A stretch of DNA of 64,000 bases from an uncultured Chloroflexia bacterium (GCA_963751585.1 CAVVVB010000017.1:110201-174200); one strand, 5' to 3'; positions 22,072-31,122 are shown, counted from the stretch's first letter. Notes: generated by a model not told the origin, from the sequence alone. Numbers and translations: made by a program.

Positions 22072-22278
22072 GATATTCTTAAAAGTAACGAATTGGCCGT
22101 AGGTACCTCAAAAGCTGGAAGACCTCTGCTAAAAAATGACTTTAGCCTCTTGTTCCCCAACAATTCGATGAAATGTGCAATTTGCTACCATTGTCCTGAC
22201 TCTGGGAATAATCTATACTTTGTTGTATGAATAAAGTTAAGCCTGAGAGTAGCATTTGATTATATTTGGAGGTGTGAG

Positions 22279-22479
22279 ATGGCTAGAGACCCAGTATGTG
22301 GAATGGAGGTGGATGAGAAAAAGACAAGATTTACTACAACCTATAAGACCAAGACCTACTATTTCTGTGGCGAAGCATGCAAAACTAGATTTGATAGCAC
22401 AGTAAATAGCCTTAAGAAAGCTGGAGGCGGCATCTGCTTTGGCGTCCGCATCGAGGAAGAAAGAGAAGCCAGCGAATAG
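22279..22479 (+). CDS. YHS-domain protein
   Basis: DPVCGMEVD...YYFCGEAC; GGAGGTG RBS. Confidence 0.85.
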   Translation: MARDPVCGMEVDEKKTRFTTTYKTKTYYFCGEACKTRFDSTVNSLKKAGGGICFGVRIEEEREASE

Positions 22480-22679
22480 TCGATTGCATGTATGCTGGGT
22501 CGGGGTTGCATCCAAAAAATGACATCGGCTATGTACATTAAGCGCGGTATGAATGTAGCGCAATCTAAGGTCGCTTGCCGCACAAAATAGCTTTTTCTTA
22601 AGTAAGTCGGTCACAGGATTACTATATCTTCAGTCTCGGCCTTATATTCTTACCACAGGTCACTTTCAAGAGTGAATCG

Positions 22680-23468
22680 ATGATGGTTGTTGATGTTAAT
22701 CCAGTCGTATTTTCTGTCGGACCCATATCCATCCGCTGGTATGGCTTGATGTATGTCGTGGGCATCGCGGTGGGTTTACTGATAGCGTGGCCTTATGCCA
22801 GGTCCAAAGGATTCACTCAGGGTCAGCTTGAGAAGATACTTTATTGGGGTGTTCTTGCCGGCCTTGTCGGTGCCAGACTATACTATGTAATCCAACAGCC
22901 CCTGGGGCCGTACCTTTCGGAGCCCTGGCGCATCCTGGCGTTCTGGGAAGGTGGGATGGCTTTCTATGGGGCCATCTTCGCCGTAGTCATTGTACTGCTG
23001 GTAGCAGGCTGGCGCTTTAAAATGTCAATCTTGAAACTTCTGGATTTCGCGGCACTCTTCGCTGTCGTAGGTCAGTTCTTTGGCCGCATCGGCAACTTCA
23101 TTAACGGGGATGTTATTGGTTATGCCACCAATCTTCCCTGGGGAGTGGTATACGCCAATCCTAACTCGTTCGCGCCTCGACACGATATAGCCTACCAGCC
23201 TGCGGCTGCATATGAGGCATTTATAAACGTACTGCTCTTCGGTCTTCTCTGGTGGCTACGGAAGAAAGTGAAGCCAGGCATATTATTCTTCGTCTACATC
23301 CTTGGCTATTCTTTAAGTCAAATAATCGTGTTTGCGTGGCGAGATAACGTGGTCGTATTCCTTGGGCTAAAGCAGGCGCAGTTGACCGCCATGGGAGTCA
23401 TAGTGGTCGCTGTGGTTATTTTCCTGGTGCTGTTAAGACGGCAGCGTAAACCGACGGACACCACATGA
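22680..23468 (+). CDS. lgt: Prolipoprotein diacylglyceryl transferase
   Basis: IRWYGLMY, GARLYYV, WEGGMAFYG, GRIGNFING, P...YE. Confidence 0.9.
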   Translation: MMVVDVNPVVFSVGPISIRWYGLMYVVGIAVGLLIAWPYARSKGFTQGQLEKILYWGVLAGLVGARLYYVIQQPLGPYLSEPWRILAFWEGGMAFYGAIFAVVIVLLVAGWRFKMSILKLLDFAALFAVVGQFFGRIGNFINGDVIGYATNLPWGVVYANPNSFAPRHDIAYQPAAAYEAFINVLLFGLLWWLRKKVKPGILFFVYILGYSLSQIIVFAWRDNVVVFLGLKQAQLTAMGVIVVAVVIFLVLLRRQRKPTDTT

Positions 23469-23626
23469 AATGACCAAACGCAGGTAGCCCGATGTGTTCT
23501 ACCTGACCGTTTACCGTCAGGCGACGCCACGCTCCTGGCTGTAGCAGCTGCGGGCAGACTTACCATTAACTATTACGTAAGTATCCCCTAACGTCATGTA
23601 GGGTAGCACGGCGAAGATTCCCCTGT

Positions 23627-23737
23627 CTAGTTAGGGGTCGAGCGGTCATGCCGCTTTACCTTAACTTTTTTGCCATCGTCAGTTCTAACGTATGGCTTGA
23701 CAGGCACAAACTTCTTGCCTTTTTCAGTTTTGGCCAC
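23627..23737 (-). CDS. Small basic protein (36 aa), IS passenger, not in the ORF track
   Basis: GTG start 6 nt after AAGGAGGTG; translation MAKTEKGKKFVPVKPYVRTDDGKKVKVKRHDRSTPN. Confidence 0.7.
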   Translation of the reverse strand: MAKTEKGKKFVPVKPYVRTDDGKKVKVKRHDRSTPN

Positions 23738-23877
23738 GTAAAACACCTCCTTTCTTGGGCATTAGCCCAAGTTCGTAGAAAGCTAATCGCCCTCAAGTTG
23801 GTGTTTTGCCGTGCTACCCATGCCTATAATGAGATTTCGTATAGGATTTGTCAATACGCTTTTGATAGAATAGGGAT

Positions 23878-24579
23878 ATGCCCAAAAAGCACAGACCATT
23901 CCCACTTAACAGGGTGTTAGCTATGTTAGCATCATGGGTAGTCAACACAATTTCTTGGGTTCCTATTCTATATCAGCCTGTTAATGATTACATCATCAAG
24001 CATATTCCGAATGTTCCAGAAGTTAATTGGCTTGCTATTATATCTGGGGTTGTATTTATTGGTTTTGCTATTTGGACTATATGGGATTTATCTAAGAGGA
24101 TAGAAAGGTCGGAGGATAAGAAACCATCCATAGGGGTGGAACCTTTTGCTCGTGGGCAAGTCGCTACTTTAGAAGTTACAAATGAAGGCGGGGTGGGTAC
24201 TTTCCACGCTGAATTTAGAATAGTATTGGGTAAAGATGCCAGATGGCAAACCTCTGGGCCTTATCGAATGTATTGGAAAGGGCATGGAGAGAAGGCCATA
24301 CTCAATAAATCGGACACGGGGGTCATTGTTGTAGCTGAACAATTTTTGGTTATTGATAAGGATACACATGAATTATCTTTGTACCACGTACAACACGTAG
24401 TAGGAAATACTGTAAAGAGTTCCTTGTTATATGGGGATTGGCCTGGAATAGTTTGTCTACAAATATCTATTACCGCAGACCCAACTCTACAGAAACAATT
24501 TGACAACAAGGTCTACAAACTAGCTCACGACAAAAAAACAGATGAGATTACCTTTGAACTATGCCAAAACGTAAAATAA
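23878..24579 (+). CDS. Hypothetical membrane protein, IS passenger
   Basis: 233-aa ORF, AT-rich, one or two N-terminal hydrophobic helices then a beta-rich domain; inside the IS ends. Confidence 0.7.
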   Translation: MPKKHRPFPLNRVLAMLASWVVNTISWVPILYQPVNDYIIKHIPNVPEVNWLAIISGVVFIGFAIWTIWDLSKRIERSEDKKPSIGVEPFARGQVATLEVTNEGGVGTFHAEFRIVLGKDARWQTSGPYRMYWKGHGEKAILNKSDTGVIVVAEQFLVIDKDTHELSLYHVQHVVGNTVKSSLLYGDWPGIVCLQISITADPTLQKQFDNKVYKLAHDKKTDEITFELCQNVK

Positions 24580-24636
24580 TCAAACGTGATATAACTGAAG
24601 AACAATTCTTTGCGCTACTTGGCAAAGCGGCACAAC

Positions 24637-25506
24637 CTATCGAATCTGATTCAGAATCGATAGAAACATCGGACATTGTTCTAAGCGATGATTGTAGCGA
24701 AACTGATACTCATTCAGATACGATTGAAGATATTTCGGACTAACCGCATGATAACAACCGCTTATGCCACGTTTGGTAAGAGACCAAAAGCCCTCGATGG
24801 TGTTAGTGTGTGCATTGCCATTCACATATTGACCGCTAGAATGGTTGACCTCTTCATGCTTATAGCCAAGTCTATCAATGGCATCATAAACGGGGTATTC
24901 GTCCGTGTAGATGATGGTTTTCTTGGCAACATTCTTGGTAATCAAGGGCATTACGGTAGAACGCTTGGTATCAGCGACAACTTGGCTAATAACCTTGCCG
25001 TGCCTTTGAGCAATCCCGATAACGGCGGTCTTGCCTTCGGCCCCACGCCCCCGGGGACCAGGTCTCTTTCCGCCAATGTAAGTTTCATCAACCTCAACCT
25101 CGTTGGTGAATATGCTATTGCTTTCGTCAAGAAGTGTTCGAATCTGTTTGAACATACGCCAAGCTGTTTTGTAGGTCACGCCATGTTTGCGCTGAAGTGC
25201 CATAGCGGAGAAGCCAGTTCGTGTCGTAGATATTTCATGGATAGCATCAAACCATATTCTAAGGGGTGTCGTAGTCTTATGGAATATAGTCTTAGCCAGT
25301 GGGCTAACTTGATGCCCACAGCGACCACATTCATAAACTGGACGTTTGGCTACCTTATGATGCTTCGTAATCTTCTTGCATACAAGACAATCGATACCGT
25401 TCGGGTAACGAAGATTCTTGATCCATTCGAGGCAAGCATCATCACTGGGAAAATACCTTTCAAAGTCTTTGGTGGTAAACTTCTTTTGTCTAGTTTTTTG
25501 TTTCAT
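24637..25506 (-). CDS. IS1595-family DDE transposase
   Basis: Zn ribbon CLVC..CGRC, TYKTAWRM, VEVDETYIGG, YTDE, HTNTIEGFWS, YLNEYQFRYN; ATG at 25506 after AAGGGGTG. Confidence 0.95.
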   Translation of the reverse strand: MKQKTRQKKFTTKDFERYFPSDDACLEWIKNLRYPNGIDCLVCKKITKHHKVAKRPVYECGRCGHQVSPLAKTIFHKTTTPLRIWFDAIHEISTTRTGFSAMALQRKHGVTYKTAWRMFKQIRTLLDESNSIFTNEVEVDETYIGGKRPGPRGRGAEGKTAVIGIAQRHGKVISQVVADTKRSTVMPLITKNVAKKTIIYTDEYPVYDAIDRLGYKHEEVNHSSGQYVNGNAHTNTIEGFWSLTKRGISGCYHAVSPKYLQSYLNEYQFRYNHRLEQCPMFLSILNQIR

Positions 25507-25530
25507 CGTAATCACCCCTTATTTAGCTAC

Positions 25531-25559
25531 AGTATAGCACAAGAAGCCCATGTTGTCAA
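25531..25559 (-). promoter_or_regulatory. Transposase promoter with its -35 inside the terminal inverted repeat
   Basis: TTGACA-17 nt-TATACT. Confidence 0.7.
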
Positions 25560-25823
25560 GGGATAATTACGAACTATTATTAACTGGCCGTCATGCCAAA
25601 CAAATTGACGTTATGTTCAGATATGCCCCTTTGGTAGTGCACAGAATTTAGTCACGTATAGCAGCAATTTCCCGAGGTGCTCAGTTAGGCTATAATCGCC
25701 TGAAATTTGCATTCTATGCACTGCAAAGCGTCGAGCGGTGACTACTGTCTATAAATACTGCCTGGTACTGCAAGTTCACCTTGATATGAAGCGGCAAATA
25801 GGCTAATCTAAGCCCCACGAGCT

Positions 25824-26411
25824 ATGACCACCGATATAATCAGCCGAAAGTTACTCGAATGGACACATGGCATGAGTGCCGAAGATGCCAGAATAACCAT
25901 TTTTTACAGGATAAGAGACATACCTTATGCTGTGCTCCCTGAACTCAATGACCCTGAACGATTTGTAGACATAGTTAAGCTCAATAGAGGTTCATGCACC
26001 CCTAAACATTTCTTGCTGTGTAACATGTTCCAAAAGATAGGGCTTGAAGTACTATACGTAGTCTATCCTTTTCTATGGGGTGATTTCGAAGCGCTCTACC
26101 CACCCGAGCTGCGTGATTTAGCTAGAACAATGCCGATGAGCTACCACCTGGCCTGCAAGGTAGACATACAAGGCAATCTCGTTCTGGTTGATGCTACCAT
26201 AGACCCAGCATTACAAAAGCTAGGTCTGCCTGTGAACAATAAGTGGGATGGCTTCAGTGAAACTCTACTCGCCATGAACCCATGCGGCGAGGAGCAATTG
26301 TACCATCCTTCTGAAGCCCGTCTCATGCAACCACAAAATACTGATGAAAAATCGCTGGCATTTTACAATGGACTTAACTCGTGGTTGGAAAGAGTGCGCC
26401 GCAGCCAATAA
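25824..26411 (+). CDS. Transglutaminase-like cysteine protease-fold protein
   Basis: IRDIPY, GSCTPKH (Cys), YHLACKV (His), VDAT (Asp) in transglutaminase triad order. Confidence 0.7.
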   Translation: MTTDIISRKLLEWTHGMSAEDARITIFYRIRDIPYAVLPELNDPERFVDIVKLNRGSCTPKHFLLCNMFQKIGLEVLYVVYPFLWGDFEALYPPELRDLARTMPMSYHLACKVDIQGNLVLVDATIDPALQKLGLPVNNKWDGFSETLLAMNPCGEEQLYHPSEARLMQPQNTDEKSLAFYNGLNSWLERVRRSQ

Positions 26412-26433
26412 TCTCGATCTCATTAGACAGACA

Positions 26434-27288
26434 ATGTCTGAAGCCAAAATGACTGGAATCTTTCTGCCTTACTTTCAGGGGCAAAGACTGGCTGATTTTC
26501 CCATGGCGCTAGCTGGAATCTTGGATTCCGAAAATGTTCATTACTACGACGGTATTTACCAAACTAACGGTGCCAACTATGTAAAACCTGTCAGTGAGAA
26601 ACTATTGTTAAAAGTGCATTCAAAAAGAATGATAGAATCGGTAAAGACTACCGGCGATTTTGAGGCAGCTTCTTACTCAGTTGGAGTAACGGTTCAAGCT
26701 GCGGAAGAAATTTATCAGGGGAATCTGGATAATGCCTTCGCCTTCACCGGGTTTGGCGACCATCATGCCGGCAGAGACTTTTACGGCGGCATGTGTTACT
26801 TCAATGGTGCCGCTCTGGCAATAGCCAAACTGAGAGAAAAGGGGATAAAGAAATTCGCCATAGTTGATACTGACAGTCATCATGCCGATGGTACCAGAGA
26901 TATCTTTCTACATGATAAAGACGTACTCCATATCTGCTTCTGTTTCCAAAATTATCGTGATACTAACAACAATGTCGATATTGCCATTCCCTATGGCACC
27001 AGCGACGAAAATTACATTCAAAATCTTCAGGATGGGTTTGTACCTCTGGTAAAGGCCTTCAGCCCACAGCTTTTATTCTGGGAATTTGGCTACGACGCCA
27101 CCAGTGGAGAATACGGCGACAAGGGTCTGACCAAGGACTGCCATATTGAAATCGCCAAGATAGTAAAATCAACCGCCGATGCTTTCTGTGATGGCAAATT
27201 GATAACCATTCTTTGCGGCGGTTCGAGACGTGATCTGGCAACCTATATAATTCCCAAAATCATTGCCATTCTGGCTGAACTCAAGTAG
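26434..27288 (+). CDS. Histone deacetylase-family (Zn) amidohydrolase
   Basis: DHHAG, GMCYFN, DTDSHHADGT, GYDA; start placed at ATG 26434 to avoid overlap with the upstream gene. Confidence 0.88.
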   Translation: MSEAKMTGIFLPYFQGQRLADFPMALAGILDSENVHYYDGIYQTNGANYVKPVSEKLLLKVHSKRMIESVKTTGDFEAASYSVGVTVQAAEEIYQGNLDNAFAFTGFGDHHAGRDFYGGMCYFNGAALAIAKLREKGIKKFAIVDTDSHHADGTRDIFLHDKDVLHICFCFQNYRDTNNNVDIAIPYGTSDENYIQNLQDGFVPLVKAFSPQLLFWEFGYDATSGEYGDKGLTKDCHIEIAKIVKSTADAFCDGKLITILCGGSRRDLATYIIPKIIAILAELK

Positions 27289-27297
27289 GATTTAGCC

Positions 27298-28881
27298 ATG
27301 GGCGCTTTAACCGCCGACCTTATCCTTTACAACGCTAACGTGGTCACTTTATGCTCAAACGATACCAATAGCCAGCTGGTTGCTATAAAGAACGGCAAAA
27401 TATTAAGCGTATCCACCAACGACACTCTCAACGATTTCAAAGGTGCCAGAACTCAAATAATAGACTGCCACGGTAAAACGATCCTTCCCGGTTTCAACGA
27501 TGCACATTGTCACTTTGTCGCTTTTGCCGAAAGCCTGCTTACCCTTGACCTCTCCCCGACTACAGTGCGTTCCATCTCTGACATTACAGTGCGTTCCATC
27601 TCTGACATTAAGGACCGCATCCGTAAATCGGCACAGAATTTGCCAGCAGGAAGCTGGATAAGAGCTGGTGGGTACAACGAGTTCTATTTAGCTGAGAAGC
27701 GTCACCCTACACGATGGGACTTGGATGAAGCCACAACCAGCCATCCGGTAAAACTGACCCACCGTTCGGGACACGCCCACGTCTTAAATAGCCGGGCTCT
27801 GGCACTCGCCGGCATCACTACAGAAACTCCTGAGCCACCTGGTGGCATGATTGAACGAGATCTGGAAAGCGGTGAGCCGAACGGTTTGCTCTACGGCATG
27901 AACGCGCTACTTTCAAGGGCAATACCGCCTATAGCGGACAGCGAACTGCAACAGGGAATGAGACTGGCAAACGAGAAACTTCTATCCCTAGGCATAACCT
28001 CGTTTCAGGATGCCTCTCCACACAACGATTTCCGCCGCTGGGAAATGTTCCGGCAATGGAAAAACCGGGGCTACCTTAAACCGCGAGTTCATATGATGCT
28101 GGGGATCGAAGCTCTAAGCCAGCTACACGAGCACAAGCTTCGTGCCAGAACTGGTGATGACCAGCTGCGTCTGGGCGCGATAAAAATAATCCTGGATGAA
28201 ACTCGGGGGCAGCTTAATCCACCTCAAGCAGAATTGAATAAGCAGGTGCTGGCGATTCACCAAGCGGGATTTCAAGCTGCTCTTCACGCCGTTAATGAAA
28301 CGATGGTAGAAGCTGCCTGTTCAGCTTTGGGCTCTGCGCTCAAGTCGTCACCACGGCAAGACCATCGCCACCGCATAGAACATTGCTCAGTATGTACTTC
28401 AACAATGGCCAAGAAGCTAGCCACTCTCGGTGTGGTCATTGTCACTCAGCCGGCTTTCGTGTACTACAGCGGAGACAGGTACCTCAAAACAGTGCCCGAG
28501 CCAGAGTTCAAACATTTATATCCTATAGCTTCTCTGACTAGAGCAGGTGTGAAAGTTGCCGCCAGTTCGGATTTCCCGGTGGTACCACCGGATCCACTGA
28601 TTGGCATCTATGCAGCATTCTCCCGATTGTCGCAAACGGGGCAAAGTATACTACCTGAAGAGCGCATCTCGGCTTCGCAGGCATTGAAGATGTACACTGA
28701 GCATGCGGCTCATGTCTGCTTCGAAGAAGATATCAAAGGCACAATAGCGCCAGGCAAACTCGCTGATCTAGTAGTGCTTGATGGAGACCCCACTGGGATA
28801 ACAGAAGAGAAGATAAGAGAATTAGAGGTGGAAATTACCCTAATAGATGGGAAAATAGCATACAAAAAGGGCAATGTCTAA
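27298..28881 (+). CDS. Amidohydrolase 3 family (YtcJ-like) metallohydrolase
   Basis: PGFNDAHCH, PTRWDLD, SGHAHVLNSRAL, HRIEHCS, SSDFPV, GKLADLVVLD. Confidence 0.92.
   Translation: MGALTADLILYNANVVTLCSNDTNSQLVAIKNGKILSVSTNDTLNDFKGARTQIIDCHGKTILPGFNDAHCHFVAFAESLLTLDLSPTTVRSISDITVRSISDIKDRIRKSAQNLPAGSWIRAGGYNEFYLAEKRHPTRWDLDEATTSHPVKLTHRSGHAHVLNSRALALAGITTETPEPPGGMIERDLESGEPNGLLYGMNALLSRAIPPIADSELQQGMRLANEKLLSLGITSFQDASPHNDFRRWEMFRQWKNRGYLKPRVHMMLGIEALSQLHEHKLRARTGDDQLRLGAIKIILDETRGQLNPPQAELNKQVLAIHQAGFQAALHAVNETMVEAACSALGSALKSSPRQDHRHRIEHCSVCTSTMAKKLATLGVVIVTQPAFVYYSGDRYLKTVPEPEFKHLYPIASLTRAGVKVAASSDFPVVPPDPLIGIYAAFSRLSQTGQSILPEERISASQALKMYTEHAAHVCFEEDIKGTIAPGKLADLVVLDGDPTGITEEKIRELEVEITLIDGKIAYKKGNV
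27561..27608 (+). repeat. Perfect 24-bp tandem duplication, in frame (TVRSISDI x2)
   Basis: tacagtgcgttccatctctgacat occurs twice head to tail. Confidence 0.95.
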
Positions 28882-28950
28882 ATTTGACGAGGAATTAGCC
28901 TGGTATGAATCTTACCGACGGCATAAGCTCACAGCCGTTCGTGTAATATT

Positions 28951-29091
28951 TTAGTCAGATGAAGGTAAAGGCCTCGGCTCCTGGGGTTGCATCTCTTGGC
29001 CACAACAGATAACCTTGCCTTCGCCGCCCTTGGTGCATAGCACTTCAGTGCCGCAAGTCTGACATTTAAATCTCTTACCTAACTGATTCAT
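28951..29091 (-). CDS. Desulforedoxin-like micro-protein B (46 aa) with C-terminal PLPSSD tail, not in the ORF track
   Basis: Manual translation MNQLGKRFKCQTCGTEVLCTKGGEGKVICCGQEMQPQEPRPLPSSD; CxxC-x15-CC; GGGAG upstream. Confidence 0.85.
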   Translation of the reverse strand: MNQLGKRFKCQTCGTEVLCTKGGEGKVICCGQEMQPQEPRPLPSSD

Positions 29092-29139
29092 AATACTGTT
29101 TTTCTCCCGTCTGGCTCAAAAGCAAACAGCGGATATCAA

Positions 29140-29259
29140 CTACTTTTTCAGCTCCATTGGCTGCCCGCAGCAGGTTATTATCCCATCACCGCCTTTGGTA
29201 ACGATAAACTCGGAACCACATTTCTTACAAACGTATCTTTTGCCTGTCTGATTGGCCAC
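29140..29259 (-). CDS. Desulforedoxin-like micro-protein A (39 aa), not in the ORF track
   Basis: Manual translation MANQTGKRYVCKKCGSEFIVTKGGDGIITCCGQPMELKK; AGGAGGT RBS; CxxC-x15-CC. Confidence 0.88.
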   Translation of the reverse strand: MANQTGKRYVCKKCGSEFIVTKGGDGIITCCGQPMELKK

Positions 29260-29311
29260 TTCTATTAGACCTCCTGGAATATTTTAGCTCTAAAGTCTCT
29301 GAACTGCAAAA

Positions 29312-30871
29312 CTAAGGCTGCCCATACTGCTCACGGAGCGCTTTTCTTATCACTTTGCCCAAAGGATTACGGGGCAAGGAATCAACGAAAACAATCGACC
29401 TCGGGCGCTTGAAGCTCGCCAACTTGGCCCGGCAATACTCCATTAGCTCCTCGGCAGTGGCCACCTCACCTTTTTTCAGTACCACAACAGCCTTCGGCAC
29501 CTGCCCCCACTCGGGATCAGAAACACCGATGACAGCAGCCTCCTCCACCTTGGGATGAGAATGAAGCACATCCTCAAGCTCTTCGGGCGAGATATTCTCG
29601 CCGCCTCTGATAATCATATCGTCGCCACGGCCCGCCAGAAATATGTAGCCATCTTCATCCCGCCATCCCCTATCGCCTGTAATCAACCAGCCGTCGGTTG
29701 TAAAAGCCTGTTTTGTCTTTTGCTCATCGCGCCAATAGCCGGTCATTATTCGAGGGCCTTTAGCCACAATATCGCCGATTTCAAGCAGTGGTAGCTCTTT
29801 ACCTTGCTCATCTAGAATCTTAACTTCCACGTCAGGCAATGGCCTGCCAATTGACTGGGACAATCTCTTCAGTTTCTTCTCCTTCTCTTCGTCTGTCCCT
29901 TCAATTAAATGGTCCTCCGGCCCCAAAGCCGTTATGGTTGAAGCTGTTTCAGTCTGCCCGAAGGCATTTATGAACTTCACCCACGGCATTACTCGTATGG
30001 CCCTGGTAATAACTTCGAACGGCATGGAGGCTGCGCCGTAAGTGACTACCTGCAAGCTGTGCAAATCATATTTGGCAAAATCCGGGTAATCTATCACCAT
30101 TTTTAGCATCGTCGGCACGAGCATGGCACGGGTAGCCTTCTCCCGCTGAACGGTTTCCAACCACTCTTTAACTTCGAATTGCCGCATCATCACCAGGGTC
30201 CGCCCGCCGTAAATGGCCGCCAGCATGCCCTGTATCCCAGCCACATGATATAAAGGCACAGTCAGGAGATTTCTTTCCTCTACATCCGGGCTGGCTGGCT
30301 CCACATTACCCAGAACATAACTGACAAAGGCATCATGTCGCAGGGGTACGCCTTTCGGTCGCCCAGTAGTGCCGGCGGTATACATCAGGATAGTAAAATC
30401 CTCATCTCCGACATCGGAGAAAACTTCATCCGGAGAGGCTTCATTAATCAGATCATTATAGAAAGGCATGTCTGCCTCTTTGCCATCCAGACAGATGCAT
30501 TTCTTTATCGTAGGTAAGCTGGAAAGCATGTCACGCGCCATGTCCAGATACCTTTTGCCCACAAACAAGACCTTGGCCTCAGCATTGCCCAACATGTAAC
30601 TCAGTTCATCTGTTTTGGCTCTGAAATTCAAGGGAACAAAAATGCCACCCATCTTAACCGTGGCAAAATACGACTCAACGATCTCGGGACAATTCACCTG
30701 GAGCATAGCTATGCGGTCGCCTTTATTCACTCCAGATACTATCAAGGCATTAGCCAGCCTGTTAACCCTCTCGCTGATCTGAGAATAGGTCCATCTCTTT
30801 CCCTCAAAGACTATGGCATCACGGTCCGGACATATAGCAGTGGCTATGTTTAAAAAATCACCAGTGTTCAC
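29312..30871 (-). CDS. AMP-forming acyl-CoA synthetase-family (ANL) ligase
   Basis: YTAGTTGRPKG, FGQTE, TGDRG..D.DGYIFLAGR.DDMIIRGGENI, LPRNPLGK. Confidence 0.92.
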   Translation of the reverse strand: MNTGDFLNIATAICPDRDAIVFEGKRWTYSQISERVNRLANALIVSGVNKGDRIAMLQVNCPEIVESYFATVKMGGIFVPLNFRAKTDELSYMLGNAEAKVLFVGKRYLDMARDMLSSLPTIKKCICLDGKEADMPFYNDLINEASPDEVFSDVGDEDFTILMYTAGTTGRPKGVPLRHDAFVSYVLGNVEPASPDVEERNLLTVPLYHVAGIQGMLAAIYGGRTLVMMRQFEVKEWLETVQREKATRAMLVPTMLKMVIDYPDFAKYDLHSLQVVTYGAASMPFEVITRAIRVMPWVKFINAFGQTETASTITALGPEDHLIEGTDEEKEKKLKRLSQSIGRPLPDVEVKILDEQGKELPLLEIGDIVAKGPRIMTGYWRDEQKTKQAFTTDGWLITGDRGWRDEDGYIFLAGRGDDMIIRGGENISPEELEDVLHSHPKVEEAAVIGVSDPEWGQVPKAVVVLKKGEVATAEELMEYCRAKLASFKRPRSIVFVDSLPRNPLGKVIRKALREQYGQP

Positions 30872-31122
30872 GTCAACCCCTTAAATAAAATAGTGACTAA
30901 CATAATAACCGAAGGGCTCGGGGACAGTCAACCACGGCAGGATAAGATTTCTAATCGAAAGCCCTGTGGCCCGGGCAAAATGACTGAGTCACCTACTGGA
31001 CATCCTATGAGGCTGTAGCCAATATAATATGTTATTGTTGTGCAGGCACAGGCCTTGCACAGTGCTACGAGTAACCAAGTATCCTCGATTAGACAATGCG
31101 TAAGTGTCAGGGCATTTTGATG

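Larger units (their letters stand above)
23576..25571 (-). mobile_element. IS1595-family element with passenger genes, 1996 bp
   Basis: Imperfect terminal inverted repeats cgtaagtatcccctaac / revcomp cgtaattatcccttgac (14/17); identical 8-bp flanks aactatta at 23568-23575 and 25572-25579; transposase inside. Confidence 0.9.

Noticed and set aside
24688-25566. 292-aa plus-strand ORF antisense to the transposase
   Set aside because: Shadow frame with no recognisable motifs or RBS.
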